Part shown: one piece after another, positions 46,201 to 58,660 of the stretch | Layout of the letters: every line of letters begins with the position of its first letter | Numbering within the stretch: the stretch's first letter is position 1 | Assembly (NCBI GenBank): GCA_028534125.1 | Contig: CM052824.1 | Coordinates: 25,048,001 to 25,112,000 of the forward strand | Reading direction: 5' to 3' | From: Lama glama | Taxonomy: Eukaryota | DNA length: 64,000 bases | The notes under the pieces: generated by a model | Databases searched by the model: none | What the model was told of the DNA's origin: nothing | What the model saw: only the letters and a program-made list of their open reading frames with translations | Position numbers and translations under genes: made by a program

Positions 46201-48589
46201 GTAGACCTTATGGGGTGCACATAGCACCTACTTGCTCATCCTGCTGAAATGGGCCCATGCTAGCCTGAAGGTGGAAGTACTCTTTTTTTGGCTAGTTCCC
46301 CACTACCCTCCCCTTAGTCTTTGTGGCCTCAGTTTGCAGCAGCATTGGAAAGTCTCCATGGGTCAGGGCCCTTCTCTGCTCCTTCCAAGGTCAGTCCTTT
46401 TCACCTCAAGAGCAGGTGAGAATTCTGTGAATTCAGTGTATTAGAATTCACAGCTGTCACTGGAATCTGGGCTTCTGGAATCCAAAATAAAGCTTTTCCC
46501 GGAAGTACCCACGCCCTCTGCTTGCCTGAGGCAGATAGCATTGCAGGTGAGGACAGGAACAGTCCTCTCTTGCCCGTTGGGACAGGGTCTGGAAAGCAGG
46601 CTGGGACAGGAGGCTGGGGCACCACCTTTTCCAAGGAAGAGGGGAGCTCATTCCAGCAGGACATTTGGCATCCTGCCCTGCTGGAGGAACTGGTTTCCTG
46701 GGCCTGAATCCCAGGCCCGCCTGCTGGGGAGTCCTGGGGGCTGGGACCATGGATCTGGTCTGTGTTTCCTGGAGTAGTTTACTTTTTTCTCCCCCTTTGC
46801 TGAAAGTACCTGTTATCTGTGCATCTCTTGGCCTTTTAGAAAGCTAATGAAGCCCTAGAGGCAGAGTTTTGGGGCATAGATTTTTTTTTCCTTTGACAAC
46901 TAAAGAGTAGTTTTAGGTGTTCTGAGTGCATAATTGAGTTGTTCAAGGGCTGACCATTGGTTCTGGGGGCTGGGAGAGGGGAGGGTGAAGAACCTTGGAC
47001 CTTTTCCCTTTGGCAGCCACCCCCTCTCCTCCCGAATGTCCTAATAATTCGAATATCCTTGCCATCTCTTTGTCCTGAAAGCCTGGAGTCTCCTTCTGAG
47101 TTCCTTGAAATTCGTAGGCTAGGGTTCAGTGAACAGACCCTGTGGAGTGTAAATCATTTGAAAGTGTCGTCCCAGAATGCAGGGATCTTGTCTGTTTTTA
47201 TTCCTGGGTGCCCCAGTAAGGTATCTGGTGCAGTTTTGGAGGGAACCAGTGATTGTATGGGGTGCCTGCCTTATGACAGGTGCTGTGTTGGACTTTCAAA
47301 GCTACCTGGTAATGCCAGTTGACCGAATACTGGAGGCATAAGTGGATTGTTGGTTTTCCCTGAACCTGGCTGAGTTGACTGGGGTGCTAGGGTTGAGGAG
47401 GGGACGTAGACAGCTGACTTATTCCTTGGAGCCTCTCACTGTTCCTGCTGATTCCGTCTTGGGAGGAAGGCCCTGGTCTTCTGCATCTCCTTAGTGGACA
47501 CCGTGTGTTCCTGTTTGACTTGGCCTGGCCATTATCTTTCTGTATTTAGTAGGCGCTGTCTTAAATTTGTGTGCCAAATGTGTTATCAGGTGGTGGCAAT
47601 GTGAACGAGCTACATTGCAGGTCCTGAGGGGCTTGCCTCCTGTCCTGGCCCAAGGGCAGTGGCTTAGCATGGGCACAGGTCAGAAAGCTGGCCACAGCTG
47701 CTCATACACGTACAGCTCAGTCCACTGGTGCATCCTTCTTGCCTTGTGCCACTAAATTCACTGTGATCATGCACGACTTAAGACCTCAAGTCCCTTGACG
47801 ACACTGTTTACCACCCCCTTACTGCCGAACTGTGTATTAACTCTCTCTTGCTTGGTCTGCCTGTCCCAGCAACCAGGGACAGGAGGTAGAGCAGTGACTT
47901 GAGACCAGACCAGAACCTTCTTGTGCAGCGATCTTAAAAACTGCCCCTTGGGAAGGCTGGGACAAGGGCCACACCTGTGGATCTTCCCCACCTGCAGCCT
48001 GGGATGTCGGGAAGACCTACTAAATTTTTAGTCCCAGAGCTTTGGAAGGGGTGCAGTAGAGCAGCTGGCATTCCATTTTTCCAGCCCTTTTCCCAACCAG
48101 CTTTCTGTTTTCATGTCCAAGCAGTCAAGCAATGCATAAAACATTATGGCTTCAGTCTCATCCTTGCTTTCCCAACCCCCTCATTTTATAGACCAAAGGG
48201 TTTGGACACTCCCTCCCTTCAGTCCTCCACTGTGAGGGCTATTCTGTCTGTCTGTACCCTGGTGAACTTGAGTTCTCTTTAACTCATCCTTCCCTGAGTG
48301 ATCAGAACAGCACATAGTAGCTACTCAGGGATGTTCGAATGAATGAAGTCTAGTCTGTCCTTGGAGGGCTCATTGTGTGCACGTCATTGTGCTGAGGTGG
48401 TACCCATCCTTCATTTGATTTGCACAGCAGCTCTGAAGGGCTAGCGTCGTTTCCCCTGTCTTTTACAGGAGGAAGAGGCTGGGGCTCAGGCAGGTGGAGG
48501 CCCTCACAGGCCCCTGGCTTGACGGCTGCACTGCTTGTTGGTGCAGATGCATCCCCAGGCACCTCTTCAGTATCCATAAGATACTTTGG

Positions 48590-48730
48590 TAATGTGGTGA
48601 GAGCTTTCAGGACGGGGCCCTAGGGCGGAAGCCAGGGATGGACACCATCCAGCCACTTGACCTCAGGCAAGTGATGGCCCAACTCCAGTCTGCAGTTTCC
48701 TCATCTGGAAACTGGGGGCAATGGGATGAA
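48590..48730 (+). mobile_element. MIR SINE fragment
   Basis: TGACCTCAGGCAAGTGA...CAGTTTCCTCATCTGGAAACTGGGG. Confidence 0.75.
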
Positions 48731-48759
48731 TAGAAACTATGGCCAGAGTTCTCTCTGGA

Positions 48760-49060
48760 ATGCCTTTCTGGCCCTGCTGCACCCGCGTCCGTACATCTCA
48801 AGTAGTCTCTCTCATCTGCTTCAGGATGAAGCCCACATTCCTTTGCCCACAGCATTCCTCGTCTCTTGGGCAGGAGCAGAAGGGCTCCTTGGAGTTCCCT
48901 GGGCATGCCACATTCCTTCGTGCCACAGTGCCGTTTCACATGCAGTCCCCCCTCTGCCCAGAATGTTCAGTGCTCCTTTTGCTTGCTTGGAGGGCAAGTT
49001 TCCCTTTACAGCTGGGCTCCACATTTTCTCTGCAGCAAATCTTTCCTGCCTCATCAAGGT
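48760..49060 (+). mobile_element. L2 LINE fragment
   Basis: CTTCAGGATGAAGCCCACATTCC...CACATGCAGTCCCCCCTCTGCCCAGAATG. Confidence 0.55.
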
Positions 49061-49817
49061 AGAATAAACTGCTCCTTTTTTGTGCTCCTGTTCAGTCATT
49101 CACTCCACAGATTCATTGGTTGAATGTCTTCTGTATGTTTGGCATAGTACTAGTTGCTAGAGTTTTAGAGACAGCTTCTGGAGCTGATCTCTGAGGACTG
49201 AAGTTATTTATCTGTGTGTCTCCCCTGCCCAGTTTCCTTGAAGTCAGGACCTCTCTATGTCTCTGCCCCAGGCTCCTAGCACTTGGATGCTGCTCAAGAC
49301 CCTGACTGACTGCCTAGCAGCTTGAGTATTAACTTTAAAACCTGTTTGGTGATGTCTTCGGCTTCTTTGAAGCTGGGCCTCTCCCATCCTTGGTCTTTTT
49401 CTTGGGGGTGGGCGTGGCAGAAATTGGCTTTTCTTCCGCATAATTTTTATTTGGTGCTTCCCCTGGTTAGAAGTCACTGGTATTTGTGTGCCCCCTTACT
49501 CCCCCACTGGAAGCCCCTTGAAGCCCTACTCCCTCCCACATGCCTGGTAGAAGCAGGTACCCAAAGTGTGAGTGATGGTGGTACCCAGTGTGTGAGTGGA
49601 TGGCAGGAGGCAGGGGTTGTTGCATCTCAGAAGAGTCTGGGAGCTGAGGGAGTCGTCCTCCTGTCAAAACCTGAAAAATTGTGAAGTCTGTCCAGACTGT
49701 AAGTTTTGAGACCAGCCTCACGCACTAGCCTTTGTGGTTGGCTCATTCCTTGGACCTCCCAGACCACCTGCCTCCTTCAAAGAGAAGGGCCAACAAAAGA
49801 ACAATAAAAACACCGGA

Positions 49818-49960
49818 NNNNNNNNNNNNNNNNNNNNNNNNNNNNNNNNNNNNNNNNNNNNNNNNNNNNNNNNNNNNNNNNNNNNNNNNNNNNNNNNNNN
49901 NNNNNNNNNNNNNNNNNNNNNNNNNNNNNNNNNNNNNNNNNNNNNNNNNNNNNNNNNNNN
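49818..49960. other. Assembly gap (143 N)
   Basis: Run of N. Confidence 0.99.
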
Positions 49961-50394
49961 CAACTTAATAACGACACAGAACCTGCTTTCGGCCATTTTT
50001 CCTGAAGGTGGTCATTGTCCCTTTGGAAAGCTGGCGCCTGTCTGGAGGGTTGATCATTAACAAACTGAGGCATGGTCTGGGTGGTAAAGGCAGTTAACAC
50101 AGACAGTGGGCTTGCACTAGGAGAGGGAGTGTTAAGGACCTTCCCAATCTCTGGGCTAAAGGTGGGTTCCAAGCAGTTGTAAAGTTCAGCAGGAAGCCGA
50201 GCCATGAAGCAGCGCCCTCCTTCCAGGAGAGCCCCTGCCAGGAAGGAATCCTTGAGGGTTCCCCTACCCTTGTTTTCCCCCAAGCAAAAGGACTTCTGGG
50301 TACCTGCGTGGTGGCTGGTGTCGACCTGGCTGGGAGCTACACAGCGTTTACGGTCCCATTCCTGAAAGAGCCTTTGATGATTAAACAGTCATCA

Positions 50395-50625
50395 TGTGTA
50401 GGGACCTGGGCCTTAGCTCTGATCTAGCTCTGTGACCTGGGCTCAGGTCTGCCTCATTACTTGGAAGTTGTGTGAACCAGAGGTTAGCTCATCTCTGAGG
50501 CTCAGTTTCCCCATCTAGAGGTTAGGGATGAGGAAGTAGTCCCTGTTTCTCCTGTTGTTACAGGATTAGAAAGAATGCATGTAGAAGAAGGACTTGGCAC
50601 AGACTTGGTGCTAATAGTGGTTGGT
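50395..50625 (+). mobile_element. MIR SINE
   Basis: CTAGCTCTGTGACCTGGG...TCTCTGAGGCTCAGTTTCCCCATCTAG...GTTGTTACAGGATTAGA...CTTGGCACAG. Confidence 0.8.
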
Positions 50626-51162
50626 TCCCTGCCCTTCTCAATTGAGCATGGTCTGTAGTAGCCACTGTATTGTAGAAAGCCTAGGATACAAAGGATTTGG
50701 CTGCAGAATCGCAGCATTTTCAAGCGTCAGTTTGCTTATCTTAAAATGAGACTACCCACTCATCAGGTTGCTGAGGGGAGAAAATGAAACCATGGGAGGA
50801 AGATGCCGGGTACATCCTGGGACAGGTTATATATACTTCCCATCACTCCCTCAACAAGTTTTAAGGGTATATTAACTGGTGTAGGTCAGGTTGGTGCAAG
50901 TAGTGTAATAGTCTAGAAAATGTTTGCAGTGGGAGAGCAGAGGAGGGGGTAAGATTCCCGACTTAGGGTAGGGGATCTGGAGAGGCTTCTGGGAGCTGGG
51001 GCCACTGCCTTAATCAGAAGGTGACCTGGGTGGGCAGGCAAAGGAAGACTGGGGACAGGGTCTTTTCCTAGTAGTTCTGTTCCTTTAAGCCTGGGCTTTC
51101 AGCTTCTCCACTGGGAGGTGAGACTGCAGAGAGCTGCTTGGAAAGCTTCATCCTCCCCCTCC

Positions 51163-51332
51163 NNNNNNNNNNNNNNNNNNNNNNNNNNNNNNNNNNNNNN
51201 NNNNNNNNNNNNNNNNNNNNNNNNNNNNNNNNNNNNNNNNNNNNNNNNNNNNNNNNNNNNNNNNNNNNNNNNNNNNNNNNNNNNNNNNNNNNNNNNNNNN
51301 NNNNNNNNNNNNNNNNNNNNNNNNNNNNNNNN
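51163..51332. other. Assembly gap (170 N)
   Basis: Run of N. Confidence 0.99.
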
Positions 51333-51714
51333 AGATGGCTGATTGGGGTGGAAAGTTGGCCACTGCTGCTGTTGGGGAATGGAATGGTGTATCTGTCTCT
51401 ATATACTGAAAATTATGGCATTCTGTACACGCATGCACACTATTTATAAAGCCTGCCTGCCTGGTTTGGGTTTTTGGAGGATATTTAAGTATTCTCAGAG
51501 GTTCCTGTTGGTTAAATGTCATTCTTGGAGGTGTCATGTTAACAGGGCTTGAAACCAGGTTCTTTTGCTGTGGTTCAGTGTCTTCCCCCAATTCTTCTCC
51601 CCTTGCTGAAGCCCCAGGCCTGGAGATGAGGTACATGGCTTGGAGGAGGATGGGGACACAGGGATTGCTCTCCTCTCCTCCTGCCTTTAGAGTGGTGCCC
51701 TTTTCTTTTAAAGA

Positions 51715-52200
51715 CAACTGTAGAGAAAGTTTAGAAAGTGAAAGGAAAACATTCTCTCTACCATTATCTTATCACAACTTGTAGACTTGGACAAAATGCT
51801 GTCCGGGTCTGCACATGTGTTTGTGGTCTGCTATTTTTTCTTTTGATAAGCATGTTTCCAGTTATTCCTAATTATCCTTTAATGGCTGTGTAGGCTCTAT
51901 ATAACTATTCCTCTATTACTGGATTTTCCTTCCTGTCTTGCCCTCCCCCCCCATTGTATATAATACTGCAACGAACATCTTTGCATTTCATTTTGGATGA
52001 TTTCCTTGGAAGAAATTCCCAGAAGTAAGAATACTAGGTCAGAAAGTATGACCCTCTCCTTTCAAGATCCTTGTGTCATTTGGCAAATTATTTTCAAAAG
52101 GATCATCTTGACTTATATGGATGCTTGCATAGATAAATGGGTATTCTCACTGGATTTTTGCTTGCACTGGATTATAAAACAATTTTTTTTTAAAGGAAGC
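51715..52200 (-). mobile_element. Old L1 (L1ME-type) 3' fragment
   Basis: TTTAATGGCTGTGTAG...TAATACTGCAACGAACATCTTTGCAT...TTCCCAGAAGTAAGAATACTAGGTCAGAAAGTATG...GGCAAATTATTTTCAAAAGG. Confidence 0.78.
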
Positions 52201-55200
52201 TCTTTTTTTTTCTGTCTTAGATGAAAAATGTTTTAACCCTGACTTTTCTACGTTTTGTACCAACCACCATGTCCCAACTGCGGTGTGCTTCTCATAGTGC
52301 CAAGGGGAACATGGTGCATCCATTCTGTTCCCTGACTGCCGGGGGCTCACAGGCACCCAAAACGGAGGAGAAACAGGCGGCCGATAGGAACAAAAGTAGA
52401 CCAGGTGGCATCTCGTGCTGCTGCATGAGCTGTGTGTGCAGCGTGAGCTTCCTGTGCTCTCAGAGGTTGAGGAGGACCAGAAGAGCCTTGGCCCTGAGAA
52501 ACGGGCACAGCCGGTGCTTGCTCTGTACAAGAAGGCTCTGGTAGTACCCTGGTTCATCATTTTGTTCAACAGTGTGCATGGGGCCTCCTGGGCGCCAGGC
52601 TCAGTGGGGATAGGGAGATGGATAAGAGCCAGTAGTCTCTCCAGGCAGACGGAATCACACAGGGCATTTCTATATGATGTGACAGATGGCTGGAGAGGGT
52701 GCCATGGATGATCAGGGCCAGAGTGACAAGCTCTGCCGTTCTTTTGTTGTTAGAATTTTCGACTCCCTTCTCCCTTTCCTGAGCACTGGGGGCTTCCCTC
52801 ACCGGCAAGAAAAGTTGGGCAAATCAACAAGTATCCTCTCCTCATACACTGCTGGTACCCAGCTGGCTTTCGACTGCATGGAACTTCCCACCCTGGGAAG
52901 GGACGTTGGAAGCCAGCACCCCAGTCCCTGCTGGGGTACAGCCAGTGGCGGGTGCTTGCTACCTAACTGGACGGCTCACTCCACGGACTTTTTCTCCAGG
53001 GCCCTTGGAGGTCCTAATTTTTAGGAAGGCTCTAAAGAAAAATGTTAGGTCATAGAATATTTGTCCTGGAAGCAAGGTTAGAGGTGTCAGGCCCAACTTC
53101 CAATCCATTTGACAGTCTACTTCACAAATCTTTTTTTCTTTTTCTTTTGAGGGCTTACTGGATGTGCGTAGCTTCCAGGCCACAGCTCTTGGTTACACTG
53201 TGATGTATAGAGGGTTCTTATGCCCTTTTCCTTGTGGGTTTGTGAAGTGGGAGAGTCCTTCACTTTCTGCTTTTCCACAGTTATTGCTACATGGTAGGTT
53301 CTCAGAAGAGCTTTTGTGGGTGTGTCACACTCGTTGGGTGTGGTTTGTCATTGTGGTCAGCCTCTCCCACCCTGGCAGAGAACCAATGGTCCCTGTTCCC
53401 TTGGGGACTGGATCTAGGGTTACACGTTGAGAGAGAGTGTGCTTTAGGCACATGGGACGAGCCCTTGGGTAGGAGGGGAAACCTGAGTGCTGGCCCTGAC
53501 TCTCCTACTTACTAAGTGGCTGGCAAGGCCCCTCCTAGCCCCCATTTCGATCTCAGCCGCTCTGGTACTTTCCACGCCTGAAAAGTGAAAATCCCAGAGT
53601 TCATGCTTGCCAGTTGCCCTGAGTTTGGGAAAGCTGCTTTTGGGAAAGCCTAGCTGTCTTGACCCCAAGTAGCATCCACTTAAGACCTCTGCACAGAGGT
53701 GATGGGCCTCCTGTAGCCATGGCGGTGGGGTAGCACTTTTGTACAGGACCAGAGGGAACTTGACTGTTGATGTCAAGAGACAGCACACGGCAGACTTCGT
53801 TGTGGTCATTTCTCTTTCCCTGCAGAGTTCCTGGTAGGGGAACAGGGAACCCCTGAGGCAGGAGAGAGCCCAGAACCCCCAGACTATGCAGGGAGAAGGG
53901 AGAATCACAGAACTGTGCTCCCAGCTGCCTTCCATTGTCTGATGTGGCAGTGGCCGTAGCCCCCTCCCCCAGGTCCTCCTTTTGAGAATAAACATATCAA
54001 CAGGATTGATTACCCGATTGGTCCCTGGGCAGCTGGCTCTGGCCTGCAACTGGAGCTGATTTCTCCGCTGTCACACACCCATTGTCTTGGATTGTTCACT
54101 TCCACAAATCAGAGGTTGGCTTCACCGCCCTAACCCTACCACGACCCCCAGATGCTTGTTTGCCGGTCGAATGAACGCTTCCTGCTCAATGGAAAAAAAA
54201 AAGCCTGAAGCACACGTGGGCAGCCCTCAAGCCCCGCTCCTCCCCATCCCTCTGATGCAGACAGGATGTTCCCATTCCAGCCCCTCCCCAGCCTCTGCCC
54301 GCCCTGGGCCTGCCTTTCCAAAGTGGATTCAAAGCAGAGGAGATGTTTCCTGGAAGCTGGACTGACCACCTCCCACTGGAGGGGGAGCTTGGAGGGGAGG
54401 AGTTACCCAGGGGCTGCAGCCGTGTGCTGTGCCTAGGTGAGACCAGCAGGTTGTGAGCCCTGGCACCCCCCTGGCATGGGGGTTGGTCTGGTCTGGACAC
54501 TGGGCTCAGGACCTGTGACAGCAAGATGGGATAGCCTTAAGGGCACAAGGAGGGTTGTGGACCCAAGGCAGGGGCTGTGAAGGAGCAAACAGTAATGGAT
54601 TCTCTGGTCCTTTCTGAAATCCTGCCTATTCTTCAAGGCTTATGGTGAGCTACACCCTCCTTGTGAATGGAAGCCCCCTCTGACCACTTGCCGCCAACTC
54701 TCCCCCTTTCCTTTGAAACACTTCAGAGTTCAGAGCTGGTGCTGTGTCCTGGAGCCCGTTTTCCTGCGGGCTGCTGCTTTGTTGCATGAGAATGAGAAAA
54801 GACCAATGGGCCAGTGAGTGCTGGAGAGAGGCAGTTAGGTTTAGGCAAAGACACATGTGTACGAGTGCCTCTGCCAGCTGTGGGGTGCGCTGGGCAGAGG
54901 CCTGGCTGCTGTAGAGTCCATAGAACTGTGGGCTTCAGGTAGAGGAACGCACAGTCACGATAATTTGACTCATTCTTCAGCTGCAGACTTGAGAAACCAG
55001 ATCTTCTGCTGTGCACAGGGCATAGTAGGGGCAGAAGGGCCACTGGTTCAGTGTAGTTGGGCTTCTTTCCTGACTTGCATCTCCCTCCCTGAGCAATGGC
55101 CTTGGTGGTGGTGACACAGCCATCATGTCTTACCCTGTGGGCTACATGTCCGGCTCATGTGCTCCTGATGAGGACCCCATGGGGTAGATGGGGTAGGCTC

Positions 55201-57914
55201 TATTTGGGGCTTTTGTTGGTACGATCCTTTCTAGTTTCCAAAGCCCTTTGCCTCTGCTGTCCTTCATGAGCCCCACAGTAGCCCCACGAATTGGGCAGGG
55301 TGCTTGTCTTCCTTCACTTTGCCCCCAAGTCCCCCAGGGCCTGGGAATCTTTAGGGGTTGGACACAGCTTTGACCTCCAGGTTCTCCACACCACCTCACT
55401 GCTTTCTGACTTTTGTTCAGAAGCAGAGAGCTCTCCCAGCTCAGTCCTTCCCACTGGTATTTTCAGCCTGTAAGAGGACCTTGGTGCTCACTCAGAGCTG
55501 TTGGTGGGTTTCTACCTGGAGCCTAGGCTGCCCAGAGCCAGACCGTCACTCTGCTGCCCCCTTCTGGAATGGCCAATTCTCTCCCCATGCCTTTCCCCAC
55601 CTTTCTTTCCCATCTAGACTCAGCCGTGGCGGGAGCAGAGGGAGAAGTCTGTCACTGGTGGGTGTTGGTGACATAGACCCCAGCATGTGTGGCTTCGAAG
55701 ACCTCAAACCACAGATTTCTTACTGTGCTAGACCTTGCAAAGATGAGGGTGAGGCCCTGGCTCCTTCCAGCTGCCAGCACCCTCAGTGCGGAGGGCACCG
55801 AATCTGCCCCACAGAGACCCAGACTTGCAGGTGGGCAGGCTCACCATTGCCCCCCACTCACCTTGTCCCCCTGCCTGTCACATATGTTGTAGGCATTTCA
55901 GTTGTCTGACAGACCAGCCAGTGAAAATACCACAAGGGGGAACTCTCTTCTCCCCAGGAGTAGAAGAGGCAGAGCCCTACGCCCAGCTTTCTGGCTCCCG
56001 TCCTGGGATTCTGCCCTCCCCAGCCCTGCTTTCCCACTTAGCTCTTGTTCTCCCCGTGGTCTGGACTAGTACTTTGCAGATTACATCAGGGAACCACTTA
56101 CCCCAATTACAACAGCCGGGATGAGGGTGGGAGGAAATGGGTTGGGGTGTGTTGGGAATGTTTTAGCTAATGCAGGGAGTGCTTTTTAAAAGGCAGGTAG
56201 AAAACTTTTTTCTCTTTGGAGATCAATTAAAGACTCTTCTTAAAATTAACCCCTGGAAGATGTGTCAGTGAGCTCTATTTTCCTATGTATACCCAACTCT
56301 GTGCAATCCCCCCTCCCCGATAAAACACATACTCTCAATGCCCTTAAAAATGTCTTTGAAAGGTGACCAAGTGTTTTTCAAAAGAAGTCCCCCTCTGCGA
56401 TAAATGCCAGGTAGTGAGTGAGCCTGCAGCCCCCCCCCCCAGGGGAGAGAGAAGAAAGCCTGACTGAGCCTTGAAGAACCATCAGAGAGAGGGTGGGAGG
56501 CTCGCTGTGCCTCCCCGAGGTCTCCACGGCCTGCTGGCAGCAGCAGGCACAAGATGGGCATCTTGTCAGACCCGGGCAGATGGCGCTCACCTGCTCGGGA
56601 CACGCTCCCTGGTGCTGGGTCCCTTGGAGTTGTGGGACAATAACAGACAGCTGCCTGCTCTGGGCCGAGGTCTGCGGGCATTCAAAGGCTTGGAAGTGTG
56701 CGGGGAGAAGGAGCCGCCCGACGGGGCCTCCCTACCCGCTATGGCTCGCCTTTTGTTTGGAGATTTGTGCCCCCCTCCCTCCCCGCATCAACATCCGAGC
56801 AACAAGAGCCTTTTAATAGAGGACAGTTCTGTTTTGGAAACGACAAGAAAGCGCCTTGTCGAGTGTGGCCTGGCCTCTCCTTTGTCCGGCCTCCCCTGCT
56901 TTGTGTGTGCCTGCAATGGGTTTTGTTCGAAGGGGCAAAGGAGTTGGACATGGATTTGGTGTGTTCCTGGGGGTTTCTTTCTCTTTCCTTTTTTGGCAGC
57001 GGCTAAAGCTTTCGGTTGTTTCTGAGTACAGGGGAGTTGGGGATTTTTCGGGACCACTCCAGAGTCTTGGAGTTACGTGTGGTGTCAGGAACAGTGAGTG
57101 GCAGAGAAGGCAGCGTTCTGACTGCCTGGCGTTTTCTCAGTCCATTGTGTACATGTGTAAGGGACAAATAATCCTCTCACAGTGCAGTCGGCCTCGAATC
57201 CTAATAAGAACGTTTCCCGAAATATCAGTGGGACGCAAGGCTGACCGTTTTGAGAAGCAGCTTCCTTTCCCTTCTCTGCCTGTGCAGAGAAAGGATGCTG
57301 GTGTTTCCTCGGTTGTCTGGGTACTTCATTATGGCCAGAGTCTGCGCAGGCCGGTGTGGGCTCCATCTGGCCTGTCACAGCAGCAGCATCTGCTCTCATC
57401 AGGCCACTCGCAGAAATGGCGTATTGTTTTGGGGGCAGCTTAGTTTGATGGGGTCTGATAGAAATTTTATAACCTCCCTTAAGGCAGAGCTCCTGCCTCA
57501 CTCCTTCAGGCCAACACTCGAAAGCAGGTTTGCCAGGCAAACTAGCGGTGTTGATACGATGCGGGAAGATGAGGAAACCTGCTTGATGATCTTACGCTTC
57601 TGGAAATTGGCGTGTTCTGTGTGCTTACGTGCGCTGTGTGTGCCTCATACAGTCCATTCAAAGTGCGGTATAACTTTGTCACAGTGGTAATCCAACCAGC
57701 TTTTCATCCCCTATACCTAACTAAAAATCAGTTGAGGTTTTTCCTATACAAGCCCTTTTCTTAGATATTCTTAATTTTCAGACCTGACCTAGGAATGAAT
57801 CCCTGCCCTCCTGATCAGTGGCCTGTCCTAACTCTTCTGTCATTTTAATTATTGATGAGCAGCACTGGTGATGGACTTCGCAGTTTGGGGAAGGGGGAAC
57901 TGTGCTTTAAAATA

Positions 57915-58345
57915 TTGATTAATTTATTCTACAAACACTAGGGATTCCAAGGTAAATTAAGACAGTGTCCCTGCCTCAAGGAGCCCACTGTCCAGTAAAA
58001 CTTGACAGAGCATTGAATGCAGTACAGTGGTGTAGGCTCCATGCAGAGTGCGAGCCAAGCTACGGCGGGCATGGAAGATGGGGAAGATCGATTCTCTAGG
58101 TCCAGGGGAGATGTGGGGTGGGTGTAAAAATTGGTAGAGAACGTGATGCCAACACTGATTTGGGAGTGGAGAGTGGGTGTTTGTCAGGCAGCCAGGATGG
58201 TGGGGAAGCCATTTCCTTCAAAGGAGGAGCATGCACCCAGATTCTGGGGCTGGTAAAGCAAAAGGAGGAGACTGTGATGGGAGTGTGGGTGCCCCGAGGT
58301 AGCAGGGCCTGTGTGGCCTATCGAAGCTTGGTCTTCATTCACCTG
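57915..58345 (-). mobile_element. L2 LINE fragment
   Basis: AAGACAGTGTCCCTGCCTCAAGGAGCCCACTGTCCAG...GCCATTTCC...GGAGGAGCATGCAC. Confidence 0.65.
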
Positions 58346-58449
58346 AGAACGATGAAGACAGGGAACTGCTGGAATCCTGTTTGAGTCTTCATCGTTTCAC
58401 CATTACAGTCCCGAGGTTGAGTGGCAAGGTCAGTAACAGTGCTGGGCCC

Positions 58450-58660
58450 CAGTGGAAAAGCCTGCAGGTGTCAGGTAGATGCCAGCTCCACCAGCTACCA
58501 CTGTGTGAGCCTCGGTAACCCAAGCCTCAGTTTCCTGCTCTGTGAAATGGATCTTGTAACGTATTTACATCTTGGGGTTGTAGTGAAGGTTGATATAGAG
58601 AAGCGACGGTTATAAGTGCTTGGTGCACAGAAGCGCCAAATAAACGTGTACTATGATTAG
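58450..58660 (+). mobile_element. MIR SINE
   Basis: CCAGCTCCACCAGCTACCACTGTGTGA...AAGCCTCAGTTTCCTGCTCTGTGAAATGG...GGGTTGTAGTGAAGGTT...AAATAAACG. Confidence 0.85.

Noticed and set aside
52221-52544. 107-aa ORF starting directly after a strong acceptor (poly-T...TTAG|ATG)
   Set aside because: The pyrimidine tract abuts an antisense L1 relic, there is no good donor, and the peptide resembles nothing I know.
53444-57443. Several 180-200 aa ORFs (53444-54049, 55358-55909, 56471-57025, 56856-57443)
   Set aside because: Overlapping frames on both strands with no domain or codon-bias signal; consistent with chance ORFs at this GC content.
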